Assembly (NCBI RefSeq): GCF_036365525.1
Contig: NC_090380.1
Location: 22,889,271-22,953,270 of the forward strand
Direction of reading: 5' to 3'
Length of the DNA stretch: 64,000 nt
From: Heterodontus francisci
Lineage: Eukaryota
The notes under the pieces were generated by a model. That model saw only the letters and a list, made by a program, of their open reading frames with translations. It was not told where the DNA came from and did no database searches. Shown in pieces: positions 47,362-60,164 of the stretch. A program made the translations under genes and the position numbers. The first letter of the stretch is position 1, and the number at the start of each line of letters is the position of its first letter.

Positions 47362-48571
47362 CTAAGTTTCCAATATTAATTATGCCACGCAAAGACTCCA
47401 GCAGGTTGGTTAAATATAAGTTTCCTTTCCTGAAACTGCTGTGTTTTATCAAGGTATCCTTGGCCAAGTCTTCAAGCAATGGATCTCTCAAGATCATTTC
47501 CAAAACTTCCCCTACAACTGAAGTTAAACTTACTGGTCAATGACTTCCAGCTATGTCTCTTGACCATTTTGTTAAATTGTACGTTTATATTAGCCACTTC
47601 CAATCTCGCTTCAAATTACCAAACTTGCAGGAATATCACTTGAAGCTTTACCAACTTCAGTCCTCATTTTGTTTAAGATTTAATGGTGCAAGCTTTCTGA
47701 GCGGAGCATTTGGCCTATTTAAAGAGCTGTTTGTAACCATAATATTCTTTGTAGTTGCTTACTTGCATGGTTAACTTCCTCTGTCACCATTCATAGAAAT
47801 CTGTTATTCTATTTGGACATTTTTCCCCCTCTTCCTACGTGAATATAGACATGAAATAATCACTTCATAATTCTTCCCAGATTCCAGCTTTTTATTTTAA
47901 TATCAAGTAAACTGAAAAAAAAAATCTCCATCCTTTGCTGCGTAAAGTTGCAACAAACCTCTGCGCTCTCAGCACATTCAGTGTTTTACTTGGCTTCCTT
48001 TTTTGTCTGTGTTTGCTTGTCTTCATAATTGACCTAATTCTGCTGCTTACTGGATTCCTTGCACTTTTATTGCCTCTCCCTAACATTCATCTTTATGTCC
48101 CTACTTAATCATCTTAACCTCTTTAGCCCTATTTTATGACTTGAATAGAATTCATTTTGATTGCAGCCTCAGCAGTATTTCCTTAAATATGTATTATCTT
48201 TTATAAACACAAGCATCTTTGTGCTCCAATTAATCTACTTGCAAGCAATTTAGTGCTTCCTCAAAGTTTGTCCTTTGTAGTCCAGTACTTTTCTCTTGCT
48301 GTTCCGTTTGCTTATTGGTATAAGCATTGTAGTTCAGCAGTCAGCTTCAGAATAACATTGGTGAGTGCTTGAGAGGATGTTTTCTTGGCTAGAGATGGTA
48401 TTCTGCATAGGAAAATCCAAGAAAGGAAGGGCAAGAAAATACATCACCAAGGCTGAGTCCACAAAAGAAGAGCAGATGAAGGAAAACATGTTTTTAAAAT
48501 TTAAGATGTACGTAGTTGTTCAAGGACTTTGTTTTTATAGCTGCTAACGTCCAGATCATGCTACTTTACAG

Positions 48572-48711
48572 TGCCAGCTTGGAGTCCTGCCACTGGGAAC
48601 AGGAAATGACCTGGCACGAGTCCTCGGCTGGGGTGGCTCATGTGATGATGACACACAGCTTCCGCAGATTCTGGAAAAATTGGAACGGGCCAGCACCAAA
48701 ATGTTAGACAG
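48572..48711 (+). CDS. DGKH: DGK-eta-like exon: DAGKc (PLGTGNDL motif)
   Basis: ctttacag|TGC...GACAG|gtatgt. Encodes [46 protein letters not shown](R). 140 nt, phase 0 to 2. Confidence 0.93.
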
Positions 48712-48732
48712 GTATGTGCATGTGTGATTGGC

Positions 48733-48888
48733 CATAGGGACCTAATGGGCAATGTGGTGATGCGACCTCAGTGGGAGATGTGTTGGTGGAGTCCCAAGAG
48801 TTGATGTGGTGATAGGACCTTAATGGGAGATATGATACTTAGGATCTGATAGGAGAAGTAGTGGTGTGAATCTAACGGGATATGCGGT
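48733..48888 (+). repeat. Degenerate 26-bp minisatellite, 6 units
   Basis: The anchor atgtg and its variants recur at 48752, 48778, 48804, 48830, 48856 and 48882. Consensus is roughly gataggacctaatgggagatgtggt. Confidence 0.75.
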
Positions 48889-49899
48889 AGTACAATCACT
48901 CGGCTGTGATCTAATGAGCAGATGACAGTGTTTGGCTGTGGTCCTGCTAAACAGTAAGATTTAGAGTTGAATCTATTTATGGGTTGTGCTGGTAAAAAAG
49001 ACCAAAATCTTGGAGGGAAAAAGTTTGTGCAAAATTGAAACTTATTCATGAACAGCAAGTAACTTCAACTTAATCTTGGCCTATGAGCTTGTTGTTTATG
49101 ATCTCATTTGAAAGTCTCAATTGGATTACTGACTAATAATTGTCATTTTTATTATTATGTATGTTTTCTGTGCTCTTAGTGCAAAGTTTGAATTTAGCAT
49201 TTTTCTGCAGCAAGTAATTGTTACAGAATTGAATGTAATGAACTCCTCATAACCAGACCTGGTGTCACGAGTTAAATATGAACATTTGAGCAGGACATTG
49301 AATGAGATGTAACTGACCATAAGAGATAAGAGATCTTTACAGTGAGCACATAATGCTGAGGTTACCAAGTAATGAGGCAACTGAAAATCAGACAAAGTTA
49401 TGGTAAACTTTACAATTGGGTGCTCCTAATGCCTTATGTGACAAGAGTGGGAATTTGGGCACAGTGGGCAGAATTCAAGAATGAGAAGCAGATCTTTTAT
49501 TGATTAATTTAAGATGATAGAACTTGTCAGGTGTAATTTCTATGCTATGCCAACTACTCAAATCTTCAAACAGATCTTGCAAGTTCTTCCTGTCACTTCT
49601 AACAATCCATTAGAAAGGAAAAAAGGCTTCCATCTATATGTGGCTTTTCATGACCTCAGGATGTCTCAAAGCCCTTTACAACCAATAAAGTACTTTGAAA
49701 GTGTGGTCACTGTTGTACTCTCAGAAATGTGGCAACCAATTTGCACACAGCAAAGCCCATTATACAGCAATGAAATAATGACCAGATAATCTATTTTAAA
49801 CTGATGACCCCTCATCACTAGCTGTCCAATCAGAGGAAATAGTCTTTCCCTATTCAATCTATCAAATTCATTCCTACTTTTAAAACGTCATCTAAATAC

Positions 49900-50320
49900 A
49901 TACAAACATACACATTAGGAGCAGGAGTAGGCCATTCAGCCCCTCAAGCCTGCTCCGCCATTTGATAAGATCATGGCTGATCTGATTGTGGCCTCAACTC
50001 TACATTCATGTTGACCCTCTATACCCTTTGACTCCCTTGTCAATCAAGAATCTATCTAACTCAGCCTGAAAAATATTCAATGACCTTGCCTCCACTGCAC
50101 TCTGTGGATGAGAATTCCACAGCCTAACAACCCTCTGAAAGAAATAATTTCTCCTCACCTCTGTCTTAAATGGAAGACCCCTTATTTTTAAACTGTGTCC
50201 CCTGGTTCTAGTTTCTCTCATAAGGGGAAACATCCTCTTAGAATCCACCCTGTCAAGTCCCCTCAAGATCTTATATGTTTCAATAAGGTCACCTCTCATT
50301 CTTCTAAATTCCAGTGGATC
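49900..50320 (-). mobile_element. CR1 3' end, followed by an opposite-strand CR1 tail to about 50550
   Basis: ORF 50006-50299 reads MRGDLIETYKILRGLDRVD...FFQRVVRLWNS. Confidence 0.88.
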
Positions 50321-51448
50321 TTTTAATTACAAAGGGTCGTGGAAATATGGAACCCTCTCCTCAAAAAGCTGTTGAAATTGGAGCCCAATTGAACATTTCA
50401 AAACTGATATTGACAGTATTTTATTAGGTAAGTGTATTAAGGGTTATGGAACAATGTTGAGTAGGTGGAGTTAAATACAGATCAGCCATGGTCTAATTGA
50501 ATGGCAAAATAGGCTTGATGGGCTAAATAGCCTACTGTGTTCTATGTTTCTCTCGAGCACTCTGGCACCAAATGGGCAGGGAAAGAGGAGTGCTGCAGCT
50601 CTTATAGGGCCACTGTTGCTGACTTGGATTGTTCAAGCTGGTCATTTGAAGACATTTTGAAGAGCTATGAATAAACTGAAAAATCATTTTTTTATAGTTT
50701 ATTCTGATGCAGAAATAATTTCAAAATCCTGATTTGGTTAATGTGTTTATAGGTAAAATCGTCAGTAAAACCATTCCTGTCTCAGTGTTAGCAGCAGAAC
50801 CACCTGGAACTGGATATTTGCATCGTCAGAACTGAAGTTCAGGAGTAGCAAATGTTCTGAAGCAGTGACAATGCCTCACCTCTTCTAACCATGTCAAGCA
50901 GAGCAGTTCATTTGAGAGTTCTGATTAGATTGTTATGAATCCTCACACATAAGCATCTGTTCATTACTTAATGTAGCCTGTGCTTTGACACTGTTTCTCT
51001 AATTGAGATACTATATTCTCTTGAATATGAAACTGTTTAAAAAAAAAAAATTAAGAAGGACATGCATTTATATAGTGCCTTTCACAACCTCAGGACATCC
51101 CAAAGGGTTTTGCAGCCAATGAAGTACTTTTGAAGCATAGTACGGTTGTATTGTAGGAAATATTGTAGCCTGTATGTGTACAGTAAGATCCCATTGCAGG
51201 CCTGACGATATCAAGTTGCAGTACATGACCAATATGTTCATGTTAGTTCAGTGTCCTCTTGCTTACGCTCTCTAACTTGGAGATGTAGGATGGAGTTTGT
51301 GCTCACAATTCCCCAAGTCATGAGTTTCCCATCTTGATTGTGTTGGCAGAAGGAAAATGGACTCTTCAGCCTTGAAAGAGGCATATGAGAAGCGACCTTA
51401 TAGACACACAATATGTGCTAAGGGGAATAGAGCAACTTAAGTCAGGCT

Positions 51449-51484
51449 GTTCCGAAGATGGGTCACTGACCCGAAACGTTAACT
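51449..51484 (+). ncRNA. Minimal type I hammerhead ribozyme motif (one core mismatch)
   Basis: gtt-CCGAAGA-t-GGGTC-act-GACCC-GAAACGT-T-aac. Core CUGANGA is present with U4>C, plus a 5-bp stem II, GAAA, palindromic ACGU stem III and gtt/aac stem I. Activity not shown. Confidence 0.6.
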
Positions 51485-51547
51485 CTGCTTCTCTTTCCAC
51501 AGATGCTGCCAGACCTGCTGAGTGATTCCAGCATTTCTTGTTTTTGT
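51451..51547 (+). mobile_element. 97-bp Penelope-like terminal-repeat insertion with a perfect 14-bp TSD
   Basis: TSD ttaagtcaggctgt at 51437-51450 and 51548-51561. Confidence 0.8.
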
Positions 51548-51569
51548 TTAAGTCAGGCTGTGTTTGCTG

Positions 51570-52405
51570 ACAACACAACCACTATGTGGCGCAGTACTTG
51601 CACATGCGCAAATGCAGCCTCATGCACTGAAACGCCACTGTCTGCAATGTTTATGGCAGCTGCCAGTAGTAAAGACGGCGCTGCTCAATTTATCACAAAA
51701 ACAAATGAAACCCAAATGCCCACAGTGGCTGTGATCGCCGTCTCTGTCCCACCCCCAACAGTACCCTGCTCCTTTCTGCCATTGCGCTTCGCCGCCGCCT
51801 CCCGCGCCTGTCTACTCGCCATTTGCTCCATGCCTCACCACTTCTCCCCCCTTGGCCACTTGCCGTCCGCTTCACCTCGCCACCACCACCCACCCCCTAC
51901 TCCACCTGTGGTCCACTGGCTCCCGGCCTTGCCGCTTCATCCCCTCTGCCGCTGCTCCTTGCTCCCTCCTGCTTCTGCTCCCGGCTCCGTCCGCTTGCAG
52001 TCTCCCTCCCCTCCCCTGCCTATCTTGTCACTCTCTCTTGCCCCCGCTTCCCCCGTGCGGTGAAGAAAGGCAGTGATTGCGAGAGGGAGCAGGGATCAGA
52101 AGTGGGAGGGAGGAGGAAACCGAGCAGAGGGGAGTAAGTGACAACGCGGGGAGTGAGTGGCCCACAGGTAGATGCAGGGGTGAAGTGGGGAGCGAGCGGC
52201 TGAGGGGAGAGAAGTGGCGAGGCGGGGAGCGAGTGGCGAGCAGACTTTGCAGTACATGATGATGTTTTCATGTGCATACGCGAATTAGTCCTGGCAAGCC
52301 AGGCGCAGCACCATACTGACAGCAAGGGTCCGTTCTGCGCATGTGCGAAGCTGGGAGTGCTCTGATGATGTTGGCACTGGGCAGTGTTGTAGGGGTCACT
52401 TTGTT
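51570..52405. other. GC/CpG-rich interspersed element of uncertain class
   Basis: CpG-dense, pyrimidine-rich then purine-rich halves. Inverted gcacatgcgca / tgcgcatgtgc motifs near the two ends. Confidence 0.45.
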
Positions 52406-53264
52406 TTTAAAAGACAAAATCAGTTTTTATTATTCTTCTGAGTTTAGTCCATGATTGTTGTATCATCGCACTTCTGGTGTGTGCGTGACAGTGAGAAAAT
52501 TTCCAGCTCTTTATGATATGCTACTTTTCAATTGATTATTCGAAGATATCCCCAAGCAACCTTGAATGAGGAACCGTATCTTACTGTCCCAAAGCACAGG
52601 ACCCTGGCAGTTGTTGCAATGCAATTGTTACCTCACATTTACCTCTATCCTTCCTGTCCTGTATGTGGAGGTCCAAGGCTAAGATTTGACAAAGACCAAA
52701 TGTGACTTCTGAGCAGGGAGCTCTGATTTGTATATCTGATGAGCAGCAATGATGGTAGTAATTGTTGTGAGGACATTTAAAATTATAGGTGCCATGCTAA
52801 AATATGACAGTCGTTCACCAAATTTGGAATAAGTCGAAAAGAATCTAGCTTGGAAAGATGAATGTTTTAAATGTGCACTCCCCATGATTTATTTCTGTGT
52901 TACTTATCAAAAAGATACATTCCCTACAAAAATAATTGAAATCCATTTAGTTATTAATAAATTAATAATGGGAAATTAGCGAAATCATTTTAACATGAAA
53001 AATGGATTCAGTGTAAATCCCCTGAGCTCTCTTTGATGTCTGGAGCTGATCACAGCACTGTGGCATTGATTTCTACCTGCTATTTTATACAAAATGTTGT
53101 TGTAAATCAATTTATCAATGAATTGGATGGGAAGTGTTTCCATTCTTTTAATTAAGAGTTTGTATCAATTTGCAGAAGTAGAGTCATGACCAAGGCAAGA
53201 TCTCTTTGTATTGATGTAAATGACCTCATTGTAATAATGGACGTAGTTGAATCATACTGATATA

Positions 53265-53400
53265 CAAAAACAAAATACAGCGGATGCTGGAAATCTGAAA
53301 AAAAAACAGAAAATGCAGGAAATTTGCAGCAGATCTGGCAGCAGCTGTAGAGAGAGAAACAGTATTAAGGTTTAGCATCAGATGGAAGGTCACACACCGA
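53265..53400 (-). mobile_element. Penelope-like terminal-repeat fragment
   Basis: aaaacaaaatacagcggatgctggaaatctgaaa...cagaaaatgcaggaaatt..cagcagatctggcagcag matches the other copies. Confidence 0.65.
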
Positions 53401-53779
53401 TATACATATAAACAGTGAACTTCTGGCTAAGGTTTTAAGGAACAGCCAGATAGTTTCGACTGTGTGGGGTGTAGTGAAATTGTAAACCTGTTTATAAAGA
53501 ACGGGTTTATGTTTTCTCTGAGTTGGCAGGAAAAGTCTCCCCACTCGGTTCTTTCTGAATCGATGAGCTTACCTTGTCATTGATCTTGTGATCATTGCAA
53601 AGGAGCAGGAGAGCATGGGTCTTGTTAGCATAGGAATAAATAAGTCAAGGGGGACGGAGCAGAGGTGCTCAATAAGTGAGTTGCCTGGAAATCGAAAAAT
53701 AAGGCATTACTGATGAAAAGAAATAATTTTGTGAGTTCTTGAGTAGAAAATAAAGAACTTGCATTTACATAAAGGAAGC

Positions 53780-54225
53780 AAGAGTTGCATTTCTATACAA
53801 CAGCTTTCACAACCTCAGGGTGTCTCAAAGTGTTTTACAGCCAATGCACTACTTTTAGGAATACAGTCACTGTTGTAATGTAGGAAATGTGGCAACCAAT
53901 TTGTGCACAGCAAAATTCCACCTATAACAATGTGATAATGACTAGATAATTGTTATAATAATGTTGGCTGAGGGATAGATATTGCTGGGACACTGGTGAG
54001 AACTCCACTGCTGTTCTTGGAATAATAGCATGGAATCTTCTACACTCACCTGAGAGGGCAGACAGGGCCTCGCTTTAACATGTCATCTGAAAGACGGCAC
54101 TTCCGACAGTGCAGCATTCCCTCAGCGCACAGGATTGTCAGCCTAGATTTTGTGTTCAAGTCTCTGGAGTGGAACTTGAACCCCCAACTTTCTGAATAAG
54201 AAGCGAGTGCTACCAGTTAACCAGG
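53780..54225 (-). mobile_element. Full-length DeuSINE
   Basis: Same head, Deu-like domain and tail as 5080-5518. Further partial copies at about 6950, 30085, 49615, 51055 and 57350. Confidence 0.8.
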
Positions 54226-54619
54226 CTCTCATTTGTAGAGTTACAGTTATAAATGATTAGTTGGGGCAGGCTAAATAGTTTTCTAATAACCTGGCATAAA
54301 CCTGGTTGATACAAGGGATATATTCCTTTGAAATAGGTTTGAACAAGAAGGCGAGCTACCAATTACATAGAAGTGCATAGAATTTACAGCAGGGAAATGG
54401 GCCATTCGGCCCTGCTGGTCCATGCTGGTGTTTATGGTCTACTCAAGCCTTCTGCTCTACTTCATCTCACCCCATCAAAAAATCCTTCTATTCCTTTTTC
54501 CATCATGCAGTTATCTAGCTTCCCCTTAAATACACTGTGCTATTGGCCTCAACCACTCCACGTGGCAGCGCGATTCACAGTCTAGCCAGTCTCTTGGTAA
54601 AGATGTTGCTCCTGAAGTT

Positions 54620-55430
54620 ATGGCTCTTATCAAAGTCACAAATTACATCTTATGTGACTGCAACAAAGGTAAACTATTCCTTCTCAACCTTTCTGCCGCC
54701 TTTGACATGGTGACCATACAAGCCTTATGCAGTGCCTCTCCACCATTGCCCAGCTGGGTGCGACTACACTCGGCTGGTTCTTATCTATCTATCCTTGGCC
54801 TCCACCTATTTTTCATCTACATGCTACTTCTCGGCGACATCATGCAGCAACACAGCATCAGTTTCCACGTGTATGCTGATGACACCCAGGTCTACCTCAC
54901 CACCACCTCTCTCGACCCCTTCACTGCCTCTAAATTTTCAGACTGTTTATACGACATCTGATGAGCAGAAATTTCCTCCAACCAAATATTGGGAAGACCA
55001 AAGCTATTGTCCTTGGACCCCTCCACAAACTCCACACCCTAGCAACTGCCTCAGTCCCTCTCCTGGCAACTGTCAGAGGCTGAAGTGGACAGTTCACAAT
55101 TTGACCTCGAGATGAACTTCCAACTACATATCCACACCATCACGAAGACTGCCCATTTCCACCTCCGTAGCATCGCCTGGCATGTCCTCTGCCTCAGTAC
55201 ATCTGCTGCTGAAAATTGATGCCTGCCTTTTGTTACCTCGACACTTGACTATTCCAACGCACTCCTGGCCAGCCTCCTACGTTCTATCCTCTGCAAACTT
55301 AAGGTCGTCCAAACCTCTGCTGCCCATATCTCACCAAGTCTCATTTATCTATCACCCCCACCTACTGTGCATGCTGACTTTCATTGGCTCCCAGTTAAGC
55401 AAAGCCTCAATTTTACAGTTCTCATCCTTG
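54620..55430 (+). mobile_element. L2 LINE RT fragment (tail at 56130-56192)
   Basis: ORF 54620 reads ALIKVTN..L...LSAAFDMV...HVYADDTQVYL. Confidence 0.82.
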
Positions 55431-56129
55431 TATTACGAAAGTACTTCAATTTTTTTGTTAAATTTTGAGGACTTGTGTTTTAAAACTGAAGAAAGGATTT
55501 CATAGATGTTGGACTTCGTGCTTTTTTTTAAAAAAGAGGTCACCATAAGGTGTTTTGGTCTTGGTCCTTACTGGAAGTCACCTGTCTTCACATAATTACC
55601 CAGCAGCGGCTTTTTGACTTGGCGGAGATATTTATAGAGAAGTGACAGGTCAAGATGTATAGGGGTCAGGAGGCTTGACTCTTGAGATATTGTTTTTGGT
55701 TTCACTTTGGACTGTCAGTTGGAGTTTTAAAAATCAACCTTAAGGACAAAACCCCAGCTCAGCCTGTTCCGTTTCTTTGAAAAGCATTCCAGTTTTTCCA
55801 CTTCTTTGAGAAGCTCTTAGAAGTAAGTGTAAGAAATAGAGAAATTGTCGATGCATTCTTCCTGAAAGGCCTGCCTGAAACCCCGGTTGCCGCATTTCTC
55901 CTGAGACATTGGGAAAAACCTGCTGGATAAATCCTTGACGCCGCCTGAATGAGCTGCTCCAGTAAAGGATCCCAGTGACAACTGTCTACGCATATTTGGG
56001 ACGCCAAACCAAAAAAAGGACAACAGACATCTTTCCATATCTTTTTTTTCAAGAATTAGCAAATATTTGGCTAAAGTATTCTTTTGTCTTTTTTTTGTAA
56101 CAGAGCTCTAAAATGAAAATCTCTATTTT
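55431..56129 (+). mobile_element. 3'-truncated second copy of the 34179 LTR
   Basis: Collinear similarity with 34179-34900 (ggacaaaaccccagctcagcctgttcc; tttgggacgccaaaccaaaaaagg). Confidence 0.75.
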
Positions 56130-56709
56130 GAAATGCCTCGGGACATTTTATTACGTTAAACGTGCTACAGAAATACAAGTTGTTGTTGTTGTTGAATTCC
56201 TTACTGGATTATATAGTGACATTCTTATATTTATTGCCTCTAGTTTTGGAACTTCCAGAAATCTTCTCTACATTGACCTTATTGAGCCCTCTATTGAAAA
56301 AGAGCCCCGCCTGTTCAGTCTTTCAGTCCATGTAGAGGAAGGAACACAAGGGCCGATGCCTTGCAGTTGCTCTTGGCTAGTGGTTCCTGAGAGATAGCTC
56401 GCGTGCACCATGGAATAGGAGAGGTACAGTGAGTGCTGGTGGCATCTTGCTCCAAATTTGTCAGGTTTTTGTTTTATTATGAGTCAGCTCTAGTGGTGTG
56501 TTGGCCTGGAAGTAGGCCAGAGGGAGAAATTGCCTCTTTTTAATGAACGCTGCATGTACTGCTCAACAGCTTCCATGGTCCAGCTTGAGAGCATCTATTA
56601 AATCAGTGGTTAGAAAATCTGGGCTCCCAGGGCATGTAATTTCCTGACCTGTGTTCCTTGCAAGTGCCTGATCAGGCAACCAGTCCTAAGATGTAAAGAA
56701 TACAAAATG

Positions 56710-57345
56710 GCAATGTTTGGAAGGTGCTGTCTAAGGAGCCTTGGTGAGTTGCTGCAGTGCATCTTGGAGATAGTTGCTGCCACTGTGTGTCGGTGGTGGA
56801 GGGAATGAATGTTTGTGGATGGGGTGCCACTCAAGTGGTTTATTTTGTCCTGGATGGTGTTGAGCTTCTTAAGTGTTGTTGGAGCTGCACTCATTCAGGC
56901 AAGTGGAGAGTATTCCATCGCACTCCTGACTTGTGCCTTGCAGATCGTGGACAGGCTTTGGGGAGATGGGAGGTAGGTTACTCGCCGCAGAATTCCCAGC
57001 CTCTGACCTGCTTGTAGCCACAGTATTTATGTGGCTGATCCAGTTCAGTTTCTGGTCAATGGTAACCCCTCGGATGATGATAGTGGGGGATTCAGCGGTA
57101 GTAATACCATTGAACGTCAAGGCCAGATGGTTAGATTCTCTCTTATTGGAAATCGTCATTGCCTGGCACTTGTGTGGCGCGAATGTTAATTACCACTTAT
57201 CAGCCCAAGCCTGAATGTTGTCCAGGCCTTGCTGCATTTCTACACGGACTGCTTCAGTATCTGAGGAGTTGCAAATGGTGCTGAACATTGTGCAATCATT
57301 GAACATCCCCACTTCTGACCTTATTATGGAGCTGCTGAAGATGGT
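56710..57345 (-). mobile_element. Family B CR1-group LINE fragment
   Basis: Reverse complement of about 44000-44640. ORFs 56869 and 56610. Confidence 0.8.
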
Positions 57346-58639
57346 TGAGCTTTCTCATTGCTGTTTGTGGGAGCTTTCTGTATGCAAATTGGCTGCCATG
57401 TTTCCTACAACAGTGAATACACATAAAAAATACTTCATTGGCTGAAAAACATGTTGGGGTGTCCTGAGGTTGTGAAAGGTGCTATATAAATGCAAGTCTG
57501 CCTTTCTTCTATTCTTTATTGGTTCGTGGTTCCATATTCACAATAATATTGTTAAGTCTCAATTAGTGAAAGTGTCAAAGTATATAAAAGATTTATATTA
57601 AAAACTTGCATTTCACGATGTGCCTGTTGCACTTAAGTGTCACAACTATAAAGGATGAGTGGAAGTCGGGGTTTTAACACATCTTTACAAAAAAAAAATT
57701 TCAGTCTGCAAAATTCCCTCAACAGATGGCATTTGAACTCTGATTGCAGGCTGTGTTTATTAAAATCAGCTGGCCTTTAGGACCTTAAAGAGAACAGGCC
57801 TGATTAAATACAGCTCCACCGTAGCATAATCATAGAATCATAGAAATTTATAGCACGGAAAGAGGCCGTTCAGCCCATCGTGTCTGTGCTTGCTAAGAAG
57901 TAGCCATCCAGCCTAATCCCACTCTCCAGCTCTTGGTCCGTAGCCTTGTAGAATGTGTCACTTCAAGTGCATATCCAAGTCCTGTTTAAATGTTGTGAGT
58001 GTTTCTACCTCTACCACCCTTTCAGGCAGTGAGTTCCAGATCCCCACCACCCACTGGGTGAAATCATTTCCTCTCAAATCCCCTGGAAACCTACTTTTAC
58101 CCTAAATCTATACAGTAGAATAATGTCAGGTTACTTGAAAGGCAGCTGCTCCTGTTGATGAGGTCACAAAATGGAAATCTAGGTTAATCACGAGGTATAA
58201 AATATTAAACCCAATAAGTAACAATGAGCCTCTATCACCTTCATTGGAGTACTATGTGCTCTTTTGGACTCCACACTATAACAAGGATATTGAAGCATTA
58301 GAGAGGGTACAATACAGATTCGCTAGGACGCTGCCTGGTGTAAGGAAACACAAGTACTTGTAAAGGTCTTGTTAGACAAACATAGATGATGGTGATGTAA
58401 TAGAAAAGTTAGAAGTTCTGAAAGGATGGGGCATGGTAGATGATTTTAAGCAGTTGAGGAATCAAGAATCAGCTCCATGGGTACAAGAGTAAATGAAACA
58501 GATTTACAACAGAGGGCAGGAGAAAGCTCTTCACACAGAGAGTTGTGAGGCTGTGGAATTTATTTCCAGGGTTAGTGATCGAGGCAAAAACTATGCCAAC
58601 GTTCAAGATGGGATTGGATAGGTGAATGAAAAATAAATA

Positions 58640-59740
58640 ATATATTGGCGCGGATAGAAGATTGGCTCGCTAACAGGAAACCGAGTGGGCATAAATGGGT
58701 CACTTTCTGGTTGGCAAGATGTAACGAGTGGTGTGTCACAGGGATCTGTGGTGGGGCCTCAACTTTTTACAATTTATATAAATGACTTGGTTGAAGGGAC
58801 CGAAGGTATAGTTGCTAAATTTGCTGATGAGACAAAGTTAGGTGGGAAAGTAGGTTGTGAAGAGGACATAAGGAGGCTACAAAGGGATATAGATAGGTTA
58901 AGAGAGAAGGCAAAAATCTGGCAGATGGAGTATAATGTGGGAAAATGCGAAGTTGTCCATTTTGGCAGGAAGAATAACAAAGAAGCATATTATTTAAAAG
59001 GTGAGAGATTGCGGAGCTCCGAGATGCAGAGGGATCTGGGTGTCCTAGTGAATGAATCGCAAAAGGTTAGTATGCAGGTACAGCACGTAATTAGGAAAGC
59101 TAATAGAATGTTATCGTTTATTGTGAGGGGAATTGAATACAAAAGTAGGGAGGGAGCTTCAGCTATACAGGGCATTGGTGAGACTATATCTGGAGTACTG
59201 TGTACAGTATTGGTCTCCTTATTTAAGGAAGGATGTAAATGCATTGGAAGCAGTTCAAAGAAGGTTTACTTGACTGATTCCTGGAATGGGCAGGCTATCT
59301 TTTATGAGGAAAGATTGGACAGGCTAGGCTTGTATCCGCTGGAATTTAGAAGAGTAAGAGGCAACTTGATTGAACCATATAAGATCCTGAGGGGTCTTGA
59401 CAGGGTGGATGTGGAAAGGATGTTTCCCCTTGTGGGAGAATCTGAAACTAGGGGTCACTGTTTAAAAATAAGGAGTCGCCCATTTAAGACAGAGATGAGT
59501 CTTTTTTTCTCAGAGGGTCGTGAGTCTTTGGAATTCTCTTCCTCAAAAGGCAGTGGAAACAGAGTCTTTGAATATTTTTAAGGCAGAGGTAGATAGATTC
59601 TTGATAAGCAAGGGGGTTGAAGGTTATCGGGGGTAGGTTGTAATGTGGAGAAATCAGTTCAGCCATGAAATTATTGAATAGCGGAGCAGGCTCGAAGGGT
59701 TGAGTGGCCTACTCCTGCTCCTAGTTCGTATGTTCTTTTG
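58640..59740 (+). mobile_element. CR1 RT and 3' end nested in an older CR1 fragment (58230-59840)
   Basis: ORF 58685-59581 (SGVSQGSVVGPQLF, KFADET). The older CR1 tail resumes at gaaggttatgggg. Confidence 0.9.
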
Positions 59741-60164
59741 TTTATATGAAGGTTATGGGGATGGAGTGGGTCAATGGATGAGGCGGGTAAATGTTGACAT
59801 GGATTGGCTGGGCTGAATGGCCTGTCTTGTAGCTTCTTAGTATTTTTCCATGGTGTAGCGTTCCTGTTATTATAGAACAGCCTATCATCAGACTCATTGC
59901 AAGCAATGTCGTGAGACATCACTGCGACAAACTCACAGTCTTGCTTTGCAATGGTTAATATAGTAATATGTTGTACAGTATTTGAAGCTGCTTAAGTCAA
60001 ATGTAATTTGTTTACAGTGTTCCCTTGGTAAGTAAAGATCACAGCATAACATATTGCAATACTGAATGTTCAACCAGCTGATGGTTTGTATATTCTTGTG
60101 CCTCCAATGTTATATTTGGTCAGCAGATGGTAATTAAATAAGAACTGCTTTTGTTTTTGCACAG

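Larger units (their letters stand above)
54365..56330 (-). mobile_element. Old CR1 3' fragment interrupted by an L2 and an LTR
   Basis: The CR1 breaks at gttgctcctgaa (about 54615) and resumes at tgaattccttactggatt (about 56193). Confidence 0.65.

Noticed and set aside
48733-48888. CRISPR-like periodicity
   Set aside because: The units are contiguous degenerate tandem repeats without unique spacers, in a vertebrate intron with no cas genes.
51503-52063. 186-aa Pro/Ala-rich ORF
   Set aside because: It runs across two unrelated elements and GC-rich low-complexity sequence.
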